64,000 nucleotides of DNA from Syntrophales bacterium (GCA_040767195.1 JAXGPA010000003.1:96001-160000); one strand, 5' to 3'. Positions 1 to 12,374 are shown, counted from the first letter of the stretch. Notes: generated by a model not told the origin, from the sequence alone. Numbers and translations are program-made.

Positions 1-1462
1 CGGCATACCATTTCCTCATGGCCCAGACCGCCCCGGCGTAAACGGTGCGAAGGGGCCGCACTTCCCAGGCGAAACGCTCCCGGATACGGCGGTTCGGGTG
101 GTCCTTGTAGCGCTGCCATCCCTTGAGAAACGTCCGGATCAACCGGGCCAGGCTCGGGCCATTGACCACGAAATCCCGCCGAAAGGCATCGAGAAGGTAC
201 TGTTCTTCCCGGCCGCCGTCGATGTGACGGTGACGATAATTGAAACGATACTGGCCATGCGTGTCCGCCGGAGGAAAAACATCTTCCGAATAGAGGGTGC
301 CGGCTTTTCGATGTTCCTCGTAGAGAGGGGTTCCCGGAATGGGCGTGTAAAGCATGAACTGGTGAAAATCGGTGTCGTGACTGACGGCATAGTCGATGAC
401 CCGGTCCATGTTTTCGGGCGTGTGGTTTTCGAGACCGATGATGGAAGAGCCGAGGACGCGGATTCCGTGAGATTGGAGCGTTCTCACCAGATCCACCGTG
501 TCCACGTTTTTGAGTTTTTCGTAAGCGTTGTTCTCTCCTTCCAGGCCCATCCATACCCAGGAAATCCCGAGCCCTGCCAGTTCCTCCAGGGTGTATGAAC
601 GGAGGACCCGGGCGGAGCTGAAGACGAAAAGGGCCCAGCTCTTGCCGTTTTCTTCCATGAGCTCGAGAAGCCGGAGGGCCCGCTTCCGGTGAAGGAGAAA
701 ATTTTCATCCATGACGAAGAAGGATTTCACTTGCAGTTTTTTTTCCATGTTTTCCATGACTTCGAAGAGTTCATCGCCCGTTTCGTAAAAGTGAACGGCT
801 TTTCCCTTCCCGCCGAAGAGGGCTGAAGTCGAACAGAAATTACACCCCACGGGACAGCCAACGGAAGGAATGAGCATGGCCGCCGTGTTTCCCGGCCTGA
901 GGGGTAGGGTGACGCCAAAAACACGGGCGCCGAAGCCCGAATGAACCAGGGGGTGACGGATCGGGTCTTTTTCCTGCTGTCCGAGAAAGCGCCGAAACCA
1001 GCGGACGCCTTCGCCCCGGCAGATGTAGTCGACGTCAATCAGGTTTGAGAGGTCTTCCTTCCCCGCAATGTGACCGCCGACGACAATGGTTGCCCCGGGC
1101 TGATGTTTCCGGACAAGCCGGCACATTTCCCGGACCTTGCCGATGTTGGGGAGGATGGAACTGATGCCGACGATGTCGTAGGTGTTGTTCCGGATCTCCG
1201 ACGTGAAGCGGTCGAGGGAGGGAAAATCGAGAAGGGTGCACGGTGCGTCGATATTGGACTGGATCATCATGAGACCGAAGGAGCGATGGAACATGCGCAG
1301 CGAGAACCCGCCCTGAACCCGGGTGACCTGGTTGTGATAAAGTTCCATGGGATTGATGGTCCGGCTTCCGTATTCGTCGTCTCGGGCGTAAGGTCCGAAG
1401 ACACCGGACAGAAGCACCCGGGCCCGAAGGCCCCGGGGATGTACGGGAGGAAGAGAGGTCAT
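1..1462 (-). CDS. B12-binding-domain radical SAM protein (3' end runs off the window)
   Basis: Not in the ORF track; translated manually from ATG 1462 (RBS AAGGAG): MTSLPPVHPRGLRARVLLSGVFGPY...IVVGGH...GEG...SVGCPVGCNFCSTS (CxxxCxxC)...FFVMDENF. Confidence 0.85.
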   Translation of the reverse strand, partial: MTSLPPVHPRGLRARVLLSGVFGPYARDDEYGSRTINPMELYHNQVTRVQGGFSLRMFHRSFGLMMIQSNIDAPCTLLDFPSLDRFTSEIRNNTYDIVGISSILPNIGKVREMCRLVRKHQPGATIVVGGHIAGKEDLSNLIDVDYICRGEGVRWFRRFLGQQEKDPIRHPLVHSGFGARVFGVTLPLRPGNTAAMLIPSVGCPVGCNFCSTSALFGGKGKAVHFYETGDELFEVMENMEKKLQVKSFFVMDENFLLHRKRALRLLELMEENGKSWALFVFSSARVLRSYTLEELAGLGISWVWMGLEGENNAYEKLKNVDTVDLVRTLQSHGIRVLGSSIIGLENHTPENMDRVIDYAVSHDTDFHQFMLYTPIPGTPLYEEHRKAGTLYSEDVFPPADTHGQYRFNYRHRHIDGGREEQYLLDAFRRDFVVNGPSLARLIRTFLKGWQRYKDHPNRRIRERFAWEVRPLRTVYAGAVWAMRKWYA

Positions 1463-1632
1463 GGGTTCTCCTTTTGGGACAGATTTTTTTGCGCGTGTTG
1501 CTTATAACCCCGGGAAGAAAGGAAAGACAGGCCCCTGGGAGGGGTTTTACATTTGTTTTACAATCAGGCCGGGGAAACGCGTCCCTTTACCCTTCCTGTT
1601 GACAGAAAACAGGCCCTGTTATAGGGACAGAT

Positions 1633-2595
1633 ATGATCGATCGAACGAAGTGGTTTTTTCACCCTGTCTTAATCTTCGTTTTTTCCGTCACCGCCCTGGC
1701 GGCATCCCTTTTTCTTTATATTTACTGGTACGTGGAAGCGAGTGCCGGTATCGCGGACATCGTCCGGCGATTCAATCTCGACAGGTCACAGATCATCACC
1801 GCCCAGACATGGCTGGTCATCCTGACCCTCTCCCTTCTCGTGGGCGTTATCCTGGCGGGCATCTTCATCATTTTCGTTTACAACCGAAAGCTGATACAGC
1901 TTTACCGAATGCAGTACAATTTCATAAACAATTTCACCCATGAGCTGAAAACACCCCTGACATCGATGAACCTTTATATCGAAACCTTTTTGCGTCACGA
2001 TCTCTCCAGAGAGGATCAGGTCCGCTATCTTCATTTCATGCTCCGGGACGTCAGGCGCCTCGAGGACGACGTCAGCCGCATACTGAACCTGGCCCGGATC
2101 GAAAGCGGCAGTTATGAAGACACCCTCGTCACCGCCGATCTCGTCGAAACGGTGAAGCATTTCTATGAACAGAACGGGCATCTCTTCCGGAACGGTGAAA
2201 TACGGATCAGCAACCCGTCGGGAAGATCCTTTCCCTTTCCCATAAGACCCTCCCTGTTTGACATGCTCCTGATGAACGTGACGACGAACGCCCTGAAATA
2301 CAACGACGGGGATGTTCCAAAACTGGACATTACGTTCGTCCCCGAAAACAAAAGGCTTCGTATCCGGTTCGAGGACAACGGCATCGGGCTGGAAAGAAAG
2401 CAGCTGAAAAAGATTTTCCGGAAATTTTATCAGGCCGGAAGCCCGGACAACATGACGGCCAGGGGAAGCGGGATCGGGCTGTATCTCGTCCGGCATATCG
2501 CCCGGATACACAGGGGGCGGATTGTCGCGGAAAGCGAGGGGCCGGGGAAGGGCTCCGTCTTCACCCTGACGCTGCCCTTGAAATCAACAGAATGA
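1633..2595 (+). CDS. Membrane sensor histidine kinase
   Basis: Two TM helices, H-box NNFTHELKTPL, N-box NALKY, DNGIG and GSGIGL motifs. Confidence 0.95.
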   Translation: MIDRTKWFFHPVLIFVFSVTALAASLFLYIYWYVEASAGIADIVRRFNLDRSQIITAQTWLVILTLSLLVGVILAGIFIIFVYNRKLIQLYRMQYNFINNFTHELKTPLTSMNLYIETFLRHDLSREDQVRYLHFMLRDVRRLEDDVSRILNLARIESGSYEDTLVTADLVETVKHFYEQNGHLFRNGEIRISNPSGRSFPFPIRPSLFDMLLMNVTTNALKYNDGDVPKLDITFVPENKRLRIRFEDNGIGLERKQLKKIFRKFYQAGSPDNMTARGSGIGLYLVRHIARIHRGRIVAESEGPGKGSVFTLTLPLKSTE

Positions 2596-2602
2596 GCGGG
2601 TT

Positions 2603-3334
2603 GTGAAGCAGACCGGGAAAAAAAGGATCCTCATCATCGAGGATGACCGGCACATCGCCGAAGGGATGAGGCTCAACCTGAACCTCCAGGGGTACGATGT
2701 GGATATAGCCCCAGACGGCCTTTCCGGGCTTGCCGGCTGGAAAGAGAAGAGGCCGGACCTGATCGTGCTGGACATCATGCTTCCCAAAATGGACGGGCTC
2801 ACGGTCCTCCAGAACATCCGCCTGGAAGACGAAAGGATTCCCGTCCTCATCGTTTCCGTCAAGGGCGCTCCAGGAGACAGGGTGAAAGGCCTGTCCTTCG
2901 GTGTGGACGATTACCTGACCAAACCTTTTCATCTCGATGAGTTCCTTCTCAGGGTCGAGCGGTTGCTGACCCGCGTGTCCTGGTACCGCCGGGAAGGAGA
3001 TCCCGGTGAGGGAACGGACAGGGAATTTCCCATGATCTACGCCTTCGGGGCGAATCGAATCGATTTCGGAAAAGGCAGGGCGCAAAGCCCGAGAGGGGAT
3101 ATCGCCCTGACGGAACAGGAGTTGAAACTTCTGAAGCTCTTCATCACCCACCGGGGGAAACCCCTTTCGAGGAAGAAACTTCTCGAGGTCGGCTGGGGAT
3201 ACTCGAAGGGCACGACAACGAGGACGGTGGATAATTTTCTGGTCCGATTCAGGAAATATTTCGAGGACAACCCTCATGAGCCGGTTTATTTCATAAGTAT
3301 CCGGTCGGTGGGGTATCTCTTCGACCACGATTGA
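2603..3334 (+). CDS. OmpR-family response regulator
   Basis: Receiver motifs IIEDD, LDIMLP, DDYLTKPF; winged-helix C-terminus TRTVDNF...RSVGY. Confidence 0.95.
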   Translation: MKQTGKKRILIIEDDRHIAEGMRLNLNLQGYDVDIAPDGLSGLAGWKEKRPDLIVLDIMLPKMDGLTVLQNIRLEDERIPVLIVSVKGAPGDRVKGLSFGVDDYLTKPFHLDEFLLRVERLLTRVSWYRREGDPGEGTDREFPMIYAFGANRIDFGKGRAQSPRGDIALTEQELKLLKLFITHRGKPLSRKKLLEVGWGYSKGTTTRTVDNFLVRFRKYFEDNPHEPVYFISIRSVGYLFDHD

Positions 3335-3377
3335 ACAGGCAGGCGTGGAAAAATCCGTGACGGAGGCGAAGCGTCCC

Positions 3378-3722
3378 ATGAAGGAACGTTTGAGGCAGAT
3401 TGCACGGCAGCGTAAAAAGGCCCACGGAAGGCTTCTGGATCTGGATTCCAAAGCGTACAAGGCCTTTCTGATCCTGGAAGAAAAGACCTTTTCCGACGGC
3501 CGTCTTCCCAAAAAGACGAAAGAGCTGATCGCCCTGGGCATATCCGTGGTCATCAACTGCGAGTCCTGCATGCAGTGGCACATCGAGCAGGCGGTCGCCG
3601 CGGGGGCGTCCGAGGGCGAAGTGCTCGAAGCCGTGGAAGTCGGCATCGAGATGGGGGGCGGTCCCGCCACCGTGTCGGCCCGGTTCGCCCTGGAAGTCAT
3701 GGAATCGGTGTTTTCAGGCTGA
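3378..3722 (+). CDS. Carboxymuconolactone decarboxylase/AhpD family protein
   Basis: KTKELIALGIS..CESCMQWH motif; ATG 3378 follows GGAGG (alternative GTG at 3345). Confidence 0.85.
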   Translation: MKERLRQIARQRKKAHGRLLDLDSKAYKAFLILEEKTFSDGRLPKKTKELIALGISVVINCESCMQWHIEQAVAAGASEGEVLEAVEVGIEMGGGPATVSARFALEVMESVFSG

Positions 3723-3961
3723 CTGGCGGGGCACCCTTCCGCATGTTATCGGGAACGGCCTTGCGATCTCATGAAGTTTCACCGGCCGAGGATATCCCCG
3801 ATTGCGGTTCGATTGTTCTTTGAAAAAAAAGATCGGAACGTTTAAAATACAAAAAGACGTCGTGCCGACGGTGTTGAAAGAAGTGGAGAAACGGTGATTT
3901 CGACAAGAATTTCAGGGGGCTTTCGGGTTCCTCTGACGAATCGATGAGGGAGGGCTTGTTC

Positions 3962-4528
3962 ATGAAACCCATAGGACCCTTGATGTGGGAACACAGGCTT
4001 ATCGAGCAGATGGTTCCCCTCATGAAAAAAGAAATAGAACAAATCGGAAAGAATCACATCGCTAACGTCTATTTCATCAGCATTGCCGTTGATTTTTTCA
4101 GGACCTACGCCGACCGGACCCACCACGGAAAGGAGGAGGACATCCTCTTTAGCGAACTGTCAAAGAAAAAGCTGGCGAAAGAGCACAAGAGGATCATGGA
4201 TGAACTCGTCGAGGAGCATCGCCTGGCGCGAGAGACGGTGAAGCGTCTTGTGGACGCCCGGGACCATTACCTGAAAGGGCAGGGATTCAATCTCGAGATC
4301 ATTAAAAAGACCATGACCGAGCTTGTCAATCTCTATCCGGAGCACATCCGGAAAGAGGACAAGGAATTCTTTTTTCCCGTCATGGAATATTTCACAGAAT
4401 CTGAACAGGAGGACATTCTTCGGAGATTCAGGGACTTCGACAGGCAGATGATCCACGAGAAATACGAGGGCATCATTTCCGATCTTGGCGGGAAGGTTTT
4501 AAAGAGGCCCCCGCTGAAAGGAGAGTGA
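3962..4528 (+). CDS. Hemerythrin/HHE cation-binding domain protein
   Basis: EHRLI, HHGKEEDILF, EEH, HIRKED motifs. Confidence 0.9.
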   Translation: MKPIGPLMWEHRLIEQMVPLMKKEIEQIGKNHIANVYFISIAVDFFRTYADRTHHGKEEDILFSELSKKKLAKEHKRIMDELVEEHRLARETVKRLVDARDHYLKGQGFNLEIIKKTMTELVNLYPEHIRKEDKEFFFPVMEYFTESEQEDILRRFRDFDRQMIHEKYEGIISDLGGKVLKRPPLKGE

Positions 4529-4557
4529 GGAGGAAACGCTCCCTTTCGGAGGCATCC

Positions 4558-6120
4558 ATGCGTGTATTTCAGAACGCCCGCTTCATTTCCTGCGAGGAAA
4601 AAAACCGCGTTTTTTCCCTCATGGCCGTCGATGGGGGAAAGATCGTCCACACCGGTGACACCCTGCCGGAGAAATTCAGGGGGGCGGGACGGACCGATCT
4701 CGAAGGGGCGTCCGTCGTCCCCGCGTTCGCCGACACCCATATCCATTTCTCCTCTTTCAGCCTCTTTCACGCCGGCCTGGACTGCCGGGATGCCTCCGAT
4801 TTTTCCGACCTGAGACGTCTCGTTCTGGAATACGCAAAAGCGAACCCCCGCCGTAAAATGATCCTCGGCTTCGGGTGTTCCGCCCATTCGGTAAGGGAAA
4901 AGAGGCTGCCCGACCGGGAGGTCCTTGACGGCGTCACCTCCCGGCCCCTTCTCATCGTCAAGTACGACGGTCACGGGGCGGTGGCCAACAGCGCCCTCAT
5001 CGCGTCTCTTCCCCGGGACGTGACGGCCGCCCGGGGCTGCCAGGAAAGCGCGGGCTGGTTTTACCAGGAAGCGTTTTTCCGTCTTGTCGATGGGATCACC
5101 CGCTCGATAAACCTCGGCGATGTTTTCAAAAACCTCATCCAGGGGAGTCATTTCATGGCCTTGAGGGGCATCGGCCTGATCCACACGGTGGAGGGGGTCG
5201 GGTTTCCCCGGGACCTCGATGTGGACATGATGCGTTTCGCCGCCCGGGGGCTCCCCCAGGAATTCCGTATTTATTTTCAGACCCTGGATTCTGGAAAAGT
5301 CCTCCGCAGAAAAATGCCCCGCATCGGCGGCTGCTTCGCCACGGCCCTGGATGGGTGTTTCGGTTCCGAAGACGCCGCATTGAGGGAACCCTACCAGAAT
5401 GATCGGGCGAACAGGGGCGTCTTGTTCTACACCGGTGAACAGGTCGACGCCTTCGTCAGACAAGCAAACCGGGCCGGGCTCCAGGTGGCGGTTCACGCCA
5501 TAGGGGACGCCGCCGTCGATCAGGCCCTGGCGGCATTCGACGGGGCCTTGAAGGTCCACCCCCGGGAAGATCACCGTCACACCATCATACACGGCTGTCT
5601 CATGGATCCGGGACAGATCGAACGGGCGGCCCGTCTTGGGGTTCACCTGGCCGTTCAGACCCCGTTTCTCCACTGGAACCTGGAACCCCTGTCCTACCTT
5701 GAAAGCCTGCTGGGGGCGAGAACCGTAAACCTCTCGCCCCTCAAATCCATGGTCGACGCCGGGCTGCGGCCCGGAAACGGGTCCGACGCTCCCTGTACCG
5801 TGCCCGACCCCGTCCGCGGCATCTGGGCGGCCTGCAACCACCCCAACCCATCTGAAAGCCTGACCGTCCTCGACTCTCTGCGGATGCACACCCTGTGGGC
5901 CGCCCGGCTCTCCTTCGACGAAAAGGAAAGAGGGAGCCTGACGGAGGGGAAGCGGGCCGATTTCACCGTCCTCGACAGAAACCCCCTGGAAATCCCCGTC
6001 GCCGATCTCGATCAAATCCGGGTTCAGGACCTGTATCTCGAGGGAGAGCGCTATGTCACCCCGCCTGCAGGCCCTCTCGATCTCGCCGTGGCCTGCCTCC
6101 GGGGTCGGAAACAGCCTTAA
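4558..6120 (+). CDS. Amidohydrolase (YtcJ-like, amidohydro_3)
   Basis: PAFADTHIH, VHAIGDAA, GSDAP, GSLTEGKRADFTVLD. Confidence 0.9.
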   Translation: MRVFQNARFISCEEKNRVFSLMAVDGGKIVHTGDTLPEKFRGAGRTDLEGASVVPAFADTHIHFSSFSLFHAGLDCRDASDFSDLRRLVLEYAKANPRRKMILGFGCSAHSVREKRLPDREVLDGVTSRPLLIVKYDGHGAVANSALIASLPRDVTAARGCQESAGWFYQEAFFRLVDGITRSINLGDVFKNLIQGSHFMALRGIGLIHTVEGVGFPRDLDVDMMRFAARGLPQEFRIYFQTLDSGKVLRRKMPRIGGCFATALDGCFGSEDAALREPYQNDRANRGVLFYTGEQVDAFVRQANRAGLQVAVHAIGDAAVDQALAAFDGALKVHPREDHRHTIIHGCLMDPGQIERAARLGVHLAVQTPFLHWNLEPLSYLESLLGARTVNLSPLKSMVDAGLRPGNGSDAPCTVPDPVRGIWAACNHPNPSESLTVLDSLRMHTLWAARLSFDEKERGSLTEGKRADFTVLDRNPLEIPVADLDQIRVQDLYLEGERYVTPPAGPLDLAVACLRGRKQP

Positions 6121-6272
6121 AAAGCTTTATCTCCCAAGGATTTTCTAAAAAACATACGGGAAACCTGTCTGATAAAAGAAAGAGAGGAATCTAACATTTC
6201 ATAGAGGCTTTTTTATAACGCTTCAATCCATATGGTCTTTTATGCTCTCACATTCCGTCATTACTTCTTTTC

Positions 6273-6309
6273 TTGACAGAAAAAGAAAGTCGTCATACAA
6301 ATTGACGAC
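6273..6309 (+). promoter_or_regulatory. Sigma70-like promoter with an inverted-repeat operator flanking the -10 element
   Basis: TTGACA at 6273-6278, 17-bp spacer, TACAAA; GTCGTCA-N7-TGACGAC at 6289-6309. Confidence 0.5.
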
Positions 6310-6344
6310 AGAAGATTATCTTTTCCGTAAAGAGGGAGGGGAAT

Positions 6345-6545
6345 ATGAGCGTTGACGACAAAGGGGCGGGTCTTGCAGAAATGATCAAGAAGGCCATCGA
6401 GGACGGGGAACTGACGACGAGCGAATACGACCGGATCCTGGCTCTGGCGGACGCCGATAAAATCATCGATTCCTATGAAAGGAACCTCCTCACCCAGCTT
6501 CAGGAGCTTCTGGCGAACAAGACCGTAAAGAAGGTGTCAGGCTGA
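6345..6545 (+). CDS. Small hypothetical protein (66 aa)
   Basis: Strong RBS GAGGGAGG, own promoter and terminator, protein-like composition. Confidence 0.75.
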   Translation: MSVDDKGAGLAEMIKKAIEDGELTTSEYDRILALADADKIIDSYERNLLTQLQELLANKTVKKVSG

Positions 6546-6561
6546 AATCCCGATGGACTGC

Positions 6562-6591
6562 AAAAAAACCCGACTTCGTCGGGTTTTTTTT
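6562..6591. terminator. Bidirectional intrinsic terminator
   Basis: AAAAAAACCCGAC-TTC-GTCGGGTTTTTTTT between convergent genes. Confidence 0.9.
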
Positions 6592-6724
6592 CGAGAGCGG
6601 GGATCAACAGCCACGTCCATCGGGCCATCCTTTCTTTGTATTTTTTCATACGGGGAAAATCGACCATATCCTTAAGATCCCGTGAAAAGCAAGATTCCGC
6701 AGAATCCTGGATACGATGAAGCGA

Positions 6725-7318
6725 TCAGGCGGGAGAAACACCGCCGTTCATCAGGGCCGTCAGCTCGTCGGGAGAGTAGGGCAGGTATCTGAAAAGACAC
6801 GCTTCCAGGATTTTTGTCCTCTCCCAGGTGTCGATAATCCGTTGAATGTCGCCGGGACTTCTTCCGTATCGTTCCAGGATATAGGTCATCCTTTCCTCGA
6901 GGGACGTGATTCTCTCGTGGAGAACTCTCTTGTCGGCATAGTTGACGATCTCCGCTTCACCGGGGACCCGCAGATCTTCATAGGAGGAAAGCCTGACGTG
7001 CTCACCGATGATTTTCCCGACCTCGGGATACCCCCGGCCTGCCAGAAGCTCCGCTCCGGTCCGGGCATGATCCTCCCCCGTCCGGAGACTTCTCGTCTTA
7101 GTGATGTCGTGAAGGAGAGAGGACGTCCGGACAAGATCCGTGTCCAGTAAAAGACCCTGCTCTTGAAGGGAAGCCGTCATAAAGAGGGCGACCCGGCAGA
7201 CCTGCCGGGAGTGTGCGACGATGTGTTTTATCATGCCCGTTTCCCTGATGAGGGCGAAACACGCCTCCTCCGTGAGAACGGGAATCTTCCTCTCCGCCCG
7301 GGGCATCAGGGATTCCAC
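6725..7318 (-). CDS. HD-domain phosphohydrolase (HDIG-like)
   Basis: HIVAHS, LLHDITK, HARTGA, YADK motifs. Confidence 0.85.
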   Translation of the reverse strand: MESLMPRAERKIPVLTEEACFALIRETGMIKHIVAHSRQVCRVALFMTASLQEQGLLLDTDLVRTSSLLHDITKTRSLRTGEDHARTGAELLAGRGYPEVGKIIGEHVRLSSYEDLRVPGEAEIVNYADKRVLHERITSLEERMTYILERYGRSPGDIQRIIDTWERTKILEACLFRYLPYSPDELTALMNGGVSPA

Positions 7319-7321
7319 CGG

Positions 7322-8038
7322 TTAAGTCATCTCCGCCGAATCCGCCTTTTCGATGAGCAAGGTCGACGGGTCAAGAAAAAGCCGGACTGGGGGCATCTTC
7401 CCGGCAGGACCCTTGACCATTCTCACGGGAATCCGCTCACCGTCCGGCTGGAGAAGGATGAGGGTGTCGAAAAGGTCGGACACGGGATCCAGTGAAGCGG
7501 GGAGACCGCCTCCGGTCACACCGTCGTGCCGGTGGATGTGGGCGGTAAACCACAGGGCTACGGAAAACCGCGCCGCCAGGCCCTTGAGTGCCTCGAGCTT
7601 TTCCCGGACGGACGTGTCGAAGTGGAGACCGTCCATGATGATCATTTTCGGGTGAAAGATATCCTGGACGGTCAGATCGGTCAGTCTCTCCTCCAGCTTC
7701 GGGACGGTGAAACTGTCGATTTTGAACGTCATGATGAACCGGTGAGGCATGATTTCCTGCCACATGTCGTCGACCCGGGACATTTTGCTTTGGCGGGCCA
7801 TATTGACGAAGAGTTCCCGGTACCAGAGGTCGATCTTGTTCACGGGATCATGGAGGCTCACGTGGAGGACGTCAAAATCGTTGAGCATGGCGTGAAGGGC
7901 CACCTGGACGAGGAATGCCGTTTTCCCGACACCGGCCCTGGCGAGAACGGCCCCGAACCCCGGGGGCGGGAGCAGGTCTTCCGACGTGAAGCCGGCGTCC
8001 TGTATGGGGTGATGGGTGAGAAACTCTTTTTTCAGCAT
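7322..8038 (-). CDS. RecA/KaiC-like P-loop protein, function unknown
   Basis: Walker-A-like ARAGVGKT and IIMDG; likely start MLKKEF at 8038. Confidence 0.7.
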   Translation of the reverse strand: MLKKEFLTHHPIQDAGFTSEDLLPPPGFGAVLARAGVGKTAFLVQVALHAMLNDFDVLHVSLHDPVNKIDLWYRELFVNMARQSKMSRVDDMWQEIMPHRFIMTFKIDSFTVPKLEERLTDLTVQDIFHPKMIIMDGLHFDTSVREKLEALKGLAARFSVALWFTAHIHRHDGVTGGGLPASLDPVSDLFDTLILLQPDGERIPVRMVKGPAGKMPPVRLFLDPSTLLIEKADSAEMT

Positions 8039-8128
8039 GTGCCTGCACCTGTCTTTTAAAAAAAGGATTTTACCGGGTCTGGCGGGGGAAACCAACAGGG
8101 TCATGGACGATACGGTTTTCCTTCCCTG

Positions 8129-10216
<2,088 letters not shown>

Positions 10217-10235
10217 GTCCTTCTTTTTTTCCTTT

Positions 10236-10321
10236 AAAAAATAAAAACCCCCCGGAAGACGGAGAGTTTCGACCGAAGCACGAATTTTGTGGCTTATAGC
10301 CTCACAGTCGCCATTTGTCAA
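10236..10321 (-). promoter_or_regulatory. fusA promoter and leader containing a terminator-like hairpin
   Basis: Minus strand: TTGACA-17-TATAAG, then AAACTCTCCG-TCTTC-CGGGGGGTTT followed by a U-rich tract ahead of the RBS. Confidence 0.6.
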
Positions 10322-10433
10322 GGGGTTTTTTTACGGAGAAAACCATTGCGGTGGAGAGCGGAAAAAAGATACAGTTGCCCTGCCTCACCCATGGAACCGA
10401 AGTATTTCGAAAAGGGGTCTTGCCGTGATAAGA

Positions 10434-11012
10434 ATGGAGCTTCGCGTTGCCGGAATCGGTCCCGTGACTTTCCAGAGAAGCCGCCGGGCCAGGAATCTGC
10501 GCATAACCGTGCAGCCCCTTCAGCCGGTTCGGGTGGTTCTCCCGCCGGGTGTTTCCCTTGAAAAGGGTAGAGACTTTCTACAATCCAAAAGGGCCTGGAT
10601 CGCCCGGCAGCTCAAAATACACGAGGAGGTCCTCAAACGGCATCAGTCGCTTTTGTCGTCCGTGAAGCCGGTGAATCCTGAAACGGCCCGGCGCCGGCTT
10701 GCCGACCGGCTGGAGGCGCTTGCCTCCCGGTTCGGTTTTTCCTACAAGAAGTGCCTGATCCGGCAACAAAAAACCTGCTGGGGCAGCTGCTCCGCGGAGA
10801 ACACCATCAGCCTGAACATCCATCTGGCGAAACTCCCGGCGAGTCTCGCCGATTATGTCATCCTTCACGAACTCATCCACACGCGCGTCAAGAGCCATGG
10901 ACCGGTCTTCTGGAAAGCCCTGGAGGACGTTCTTCCGGGCGCGAAAGAGCGAGCGGGGGAGTTGAAGAAATATTCCCCGGCATTGTTTTCCCTGAACGGG
11001 GACCCTGAGTAG
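10434..11012 (+). CDS. M48/SprT-like (YgjP/DUF45) metal-dependent hydrolase
   Basis: QKTCWGSC and DYVILHELIH..H...FW (HExxH). Confidence 0.88.
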   Translation: MELRVAGIGPVTFQRSRRARNLRITVQPLQPVRVVLPPGVSLEKGRDFLQSKRAWIARQLKIHEEVLKRHQSLLSSVKPVNPETARRRLADRLEALASRFGFSYKKCLIRQQKTCWGSCSAENTISLNIHLAKLPASLADYVILHELIHTRVKSHGPVFWKALEDVLPGAKERAGELKKYSPALFSLNGDPE

Positions 11013-11021
11013 GTACCGGTC

Positions 11022-11903
11022 ATGACACCCCCTTGTGCCGTCCTGTGGGTTTTTGTGAGAGCCGCTTTATGGGTCTTTGTTCCCCTCGTGTTTTTTTTCT
11101 TCATCCTCTATCTGTTCCAGGGACGGTTTGTCTTTTTTCCCACGGCAGTCCTGGAGGGGACCCCGGCGGACAGGGGCCTTTCTTTCGAGGACATCCATTT
11201 CACCGCCGCCGATGGAACCCCTCTCTCGGGATGGTTCGTCCCCGGCGGCCGGGAGGGCCCGCCGCAAGGCACGGTTCTCTTCTGCCACGGCAATGCCGGC
11301 AACATATCCCACCGTGTGGAGTCCATCCTTCTTTTCCATGAAATGGACCTTGACGTGTTCATCTTCGATTACCGGGGATACGGCGGAAGCGCCGGGAAAC
11401 CCTCGGAAGAGGGCACCACGAGGGATGCCGAGGGAGCATGGCGCTACCTCACGGAGAGACGATCGATTCCCCCGGAGCGCATCGTTCTTTTCGGCCGATC
11501 CCTGGGCGGGTCCGTGGCGGCCTGCCTGGCCGCCAAAACAGCCCCGGCGGGCCTTATCGTCGAATCCGCCTTCACGTCAATTCCCGACCTGGCGGCCCAT
11601 CTCTATCCTTACCTGCCCATGCGCCCGATCCTGAAACTGCGCTTTCCCACCCGAAACTGCCTGCAGCGGGTCAGTTGCCCCGTTCTGGTTATCCACAGCC
11701 GGGATGATGAAATCATCCCGTTTCGCCATGGAAAGGCCCTTTATGAGGCCGCCGCCGGGCCTAAACGTTTTCTTGAAATCGGGGGCGGGCACAATGACGG
11801 GTTTTTCCTTTCCGAAAACGTTTACCGGGAGGGGTTGAAAGAATTTTTTCTTTTCCTGAGGGAGAAAGGGAGTTTCGGGACGAAAACCGGCACGGAACCG
11901 TGA
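11022..11903 (+). CDS. Alpha/beta hydrolase (ABHD13/17-like)
   Basis: HGNAGN, DYRGYG, GRSLGG, DEIIP, GGHND; N-terminal TM helix. Confidence 0.9.
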   Translation: MTPPCAVLWVFVRAALWVFVPLVFFFFILYLFQGRFVFFPTAVLEGTPADRGLSFEDIHFTAADGTPLSGWFVPGGREGPPQGTVLFCHGNAGNISHRVESILLFHEMDLDVFIFDYRGYGGSAGKPSEEGTTRDAEGAWRYLTERRSIPPERIVLFGRSLGGSVAACLAAKTAPAGLIVESAFTSIPDLAAHLYPYLPMRPILKLRFPTRNCLQRVSCPVLVIHSRDDEIIPFRHGKALYEAAAGPKRFLEIGGGHNDGFFLSENVYREGLKEFFLFLREKGSFGTKTGTEP

Positions 11904-11981
11904 AAAGCCATGACCGCCGCTTGACATTTTCATGGGCCGGGCATTACAAGAAAACGAAGCACGAAACCAAAGGAGAGGAAA

Positions 11982-12332
11982 ATGGAAAACTACAAGCTCG
12001 TTCAACCCGATGAAAGAAAGTGGGACCCCCATCCGCAACTGCCCGGCGTCGAGGTTTCCTACCTCTTGTCGAGACGGGAGGACAATGTCGATATGACAGG
12101 CGCCCTCGTTCACCTGCCCGTCGGGTCGGAACCGGCCAGGCACCTGCATGAAAACTCGGACGACATCCTTCTGGTTCTGAAGGGCAAGGCGAAGATGTGG
12201 GTTGATGGGGTCGGGGACGTGCCCCTGGTTCCGGGAACCTTTCTGAGAATCCCGAAAGGGACGCTTCACCAGCCCCATGACATCGAAGAAGATTTCATCG
12301 CCTATGACATCTGGTTTCCCGCGCTGGTCTGA
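11982..12332 (+). CDS. Cupin domain protein
   Basis: HLHENSD..VLKG and IPKGTLHQ motifs. Confidence 0.85.
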   Translation: MENYKLVQPDERKWDPHPQLPGVEVSYLLSRREDNVDMTGALVHLPVGSEPARHLHENSDDILLVLKGKAKMWVDGVGDVPLVPGTFLRIPKGTLHQPHDIEEDFIAYDIWFPALV

Positions 12333-12374
12333 AAGGACAAAATCCAAGGACACAAACAAAAGGAGGCATACGTA

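Noticed and set aside
3723..3961. Hairpin TCAGGGGGC-TTTCGG-GTTCCTCTGA upstream of the hemerythrin gene as a riboswitch
   Set aside because: Single hairpin with no recognisable aptamer consensus.
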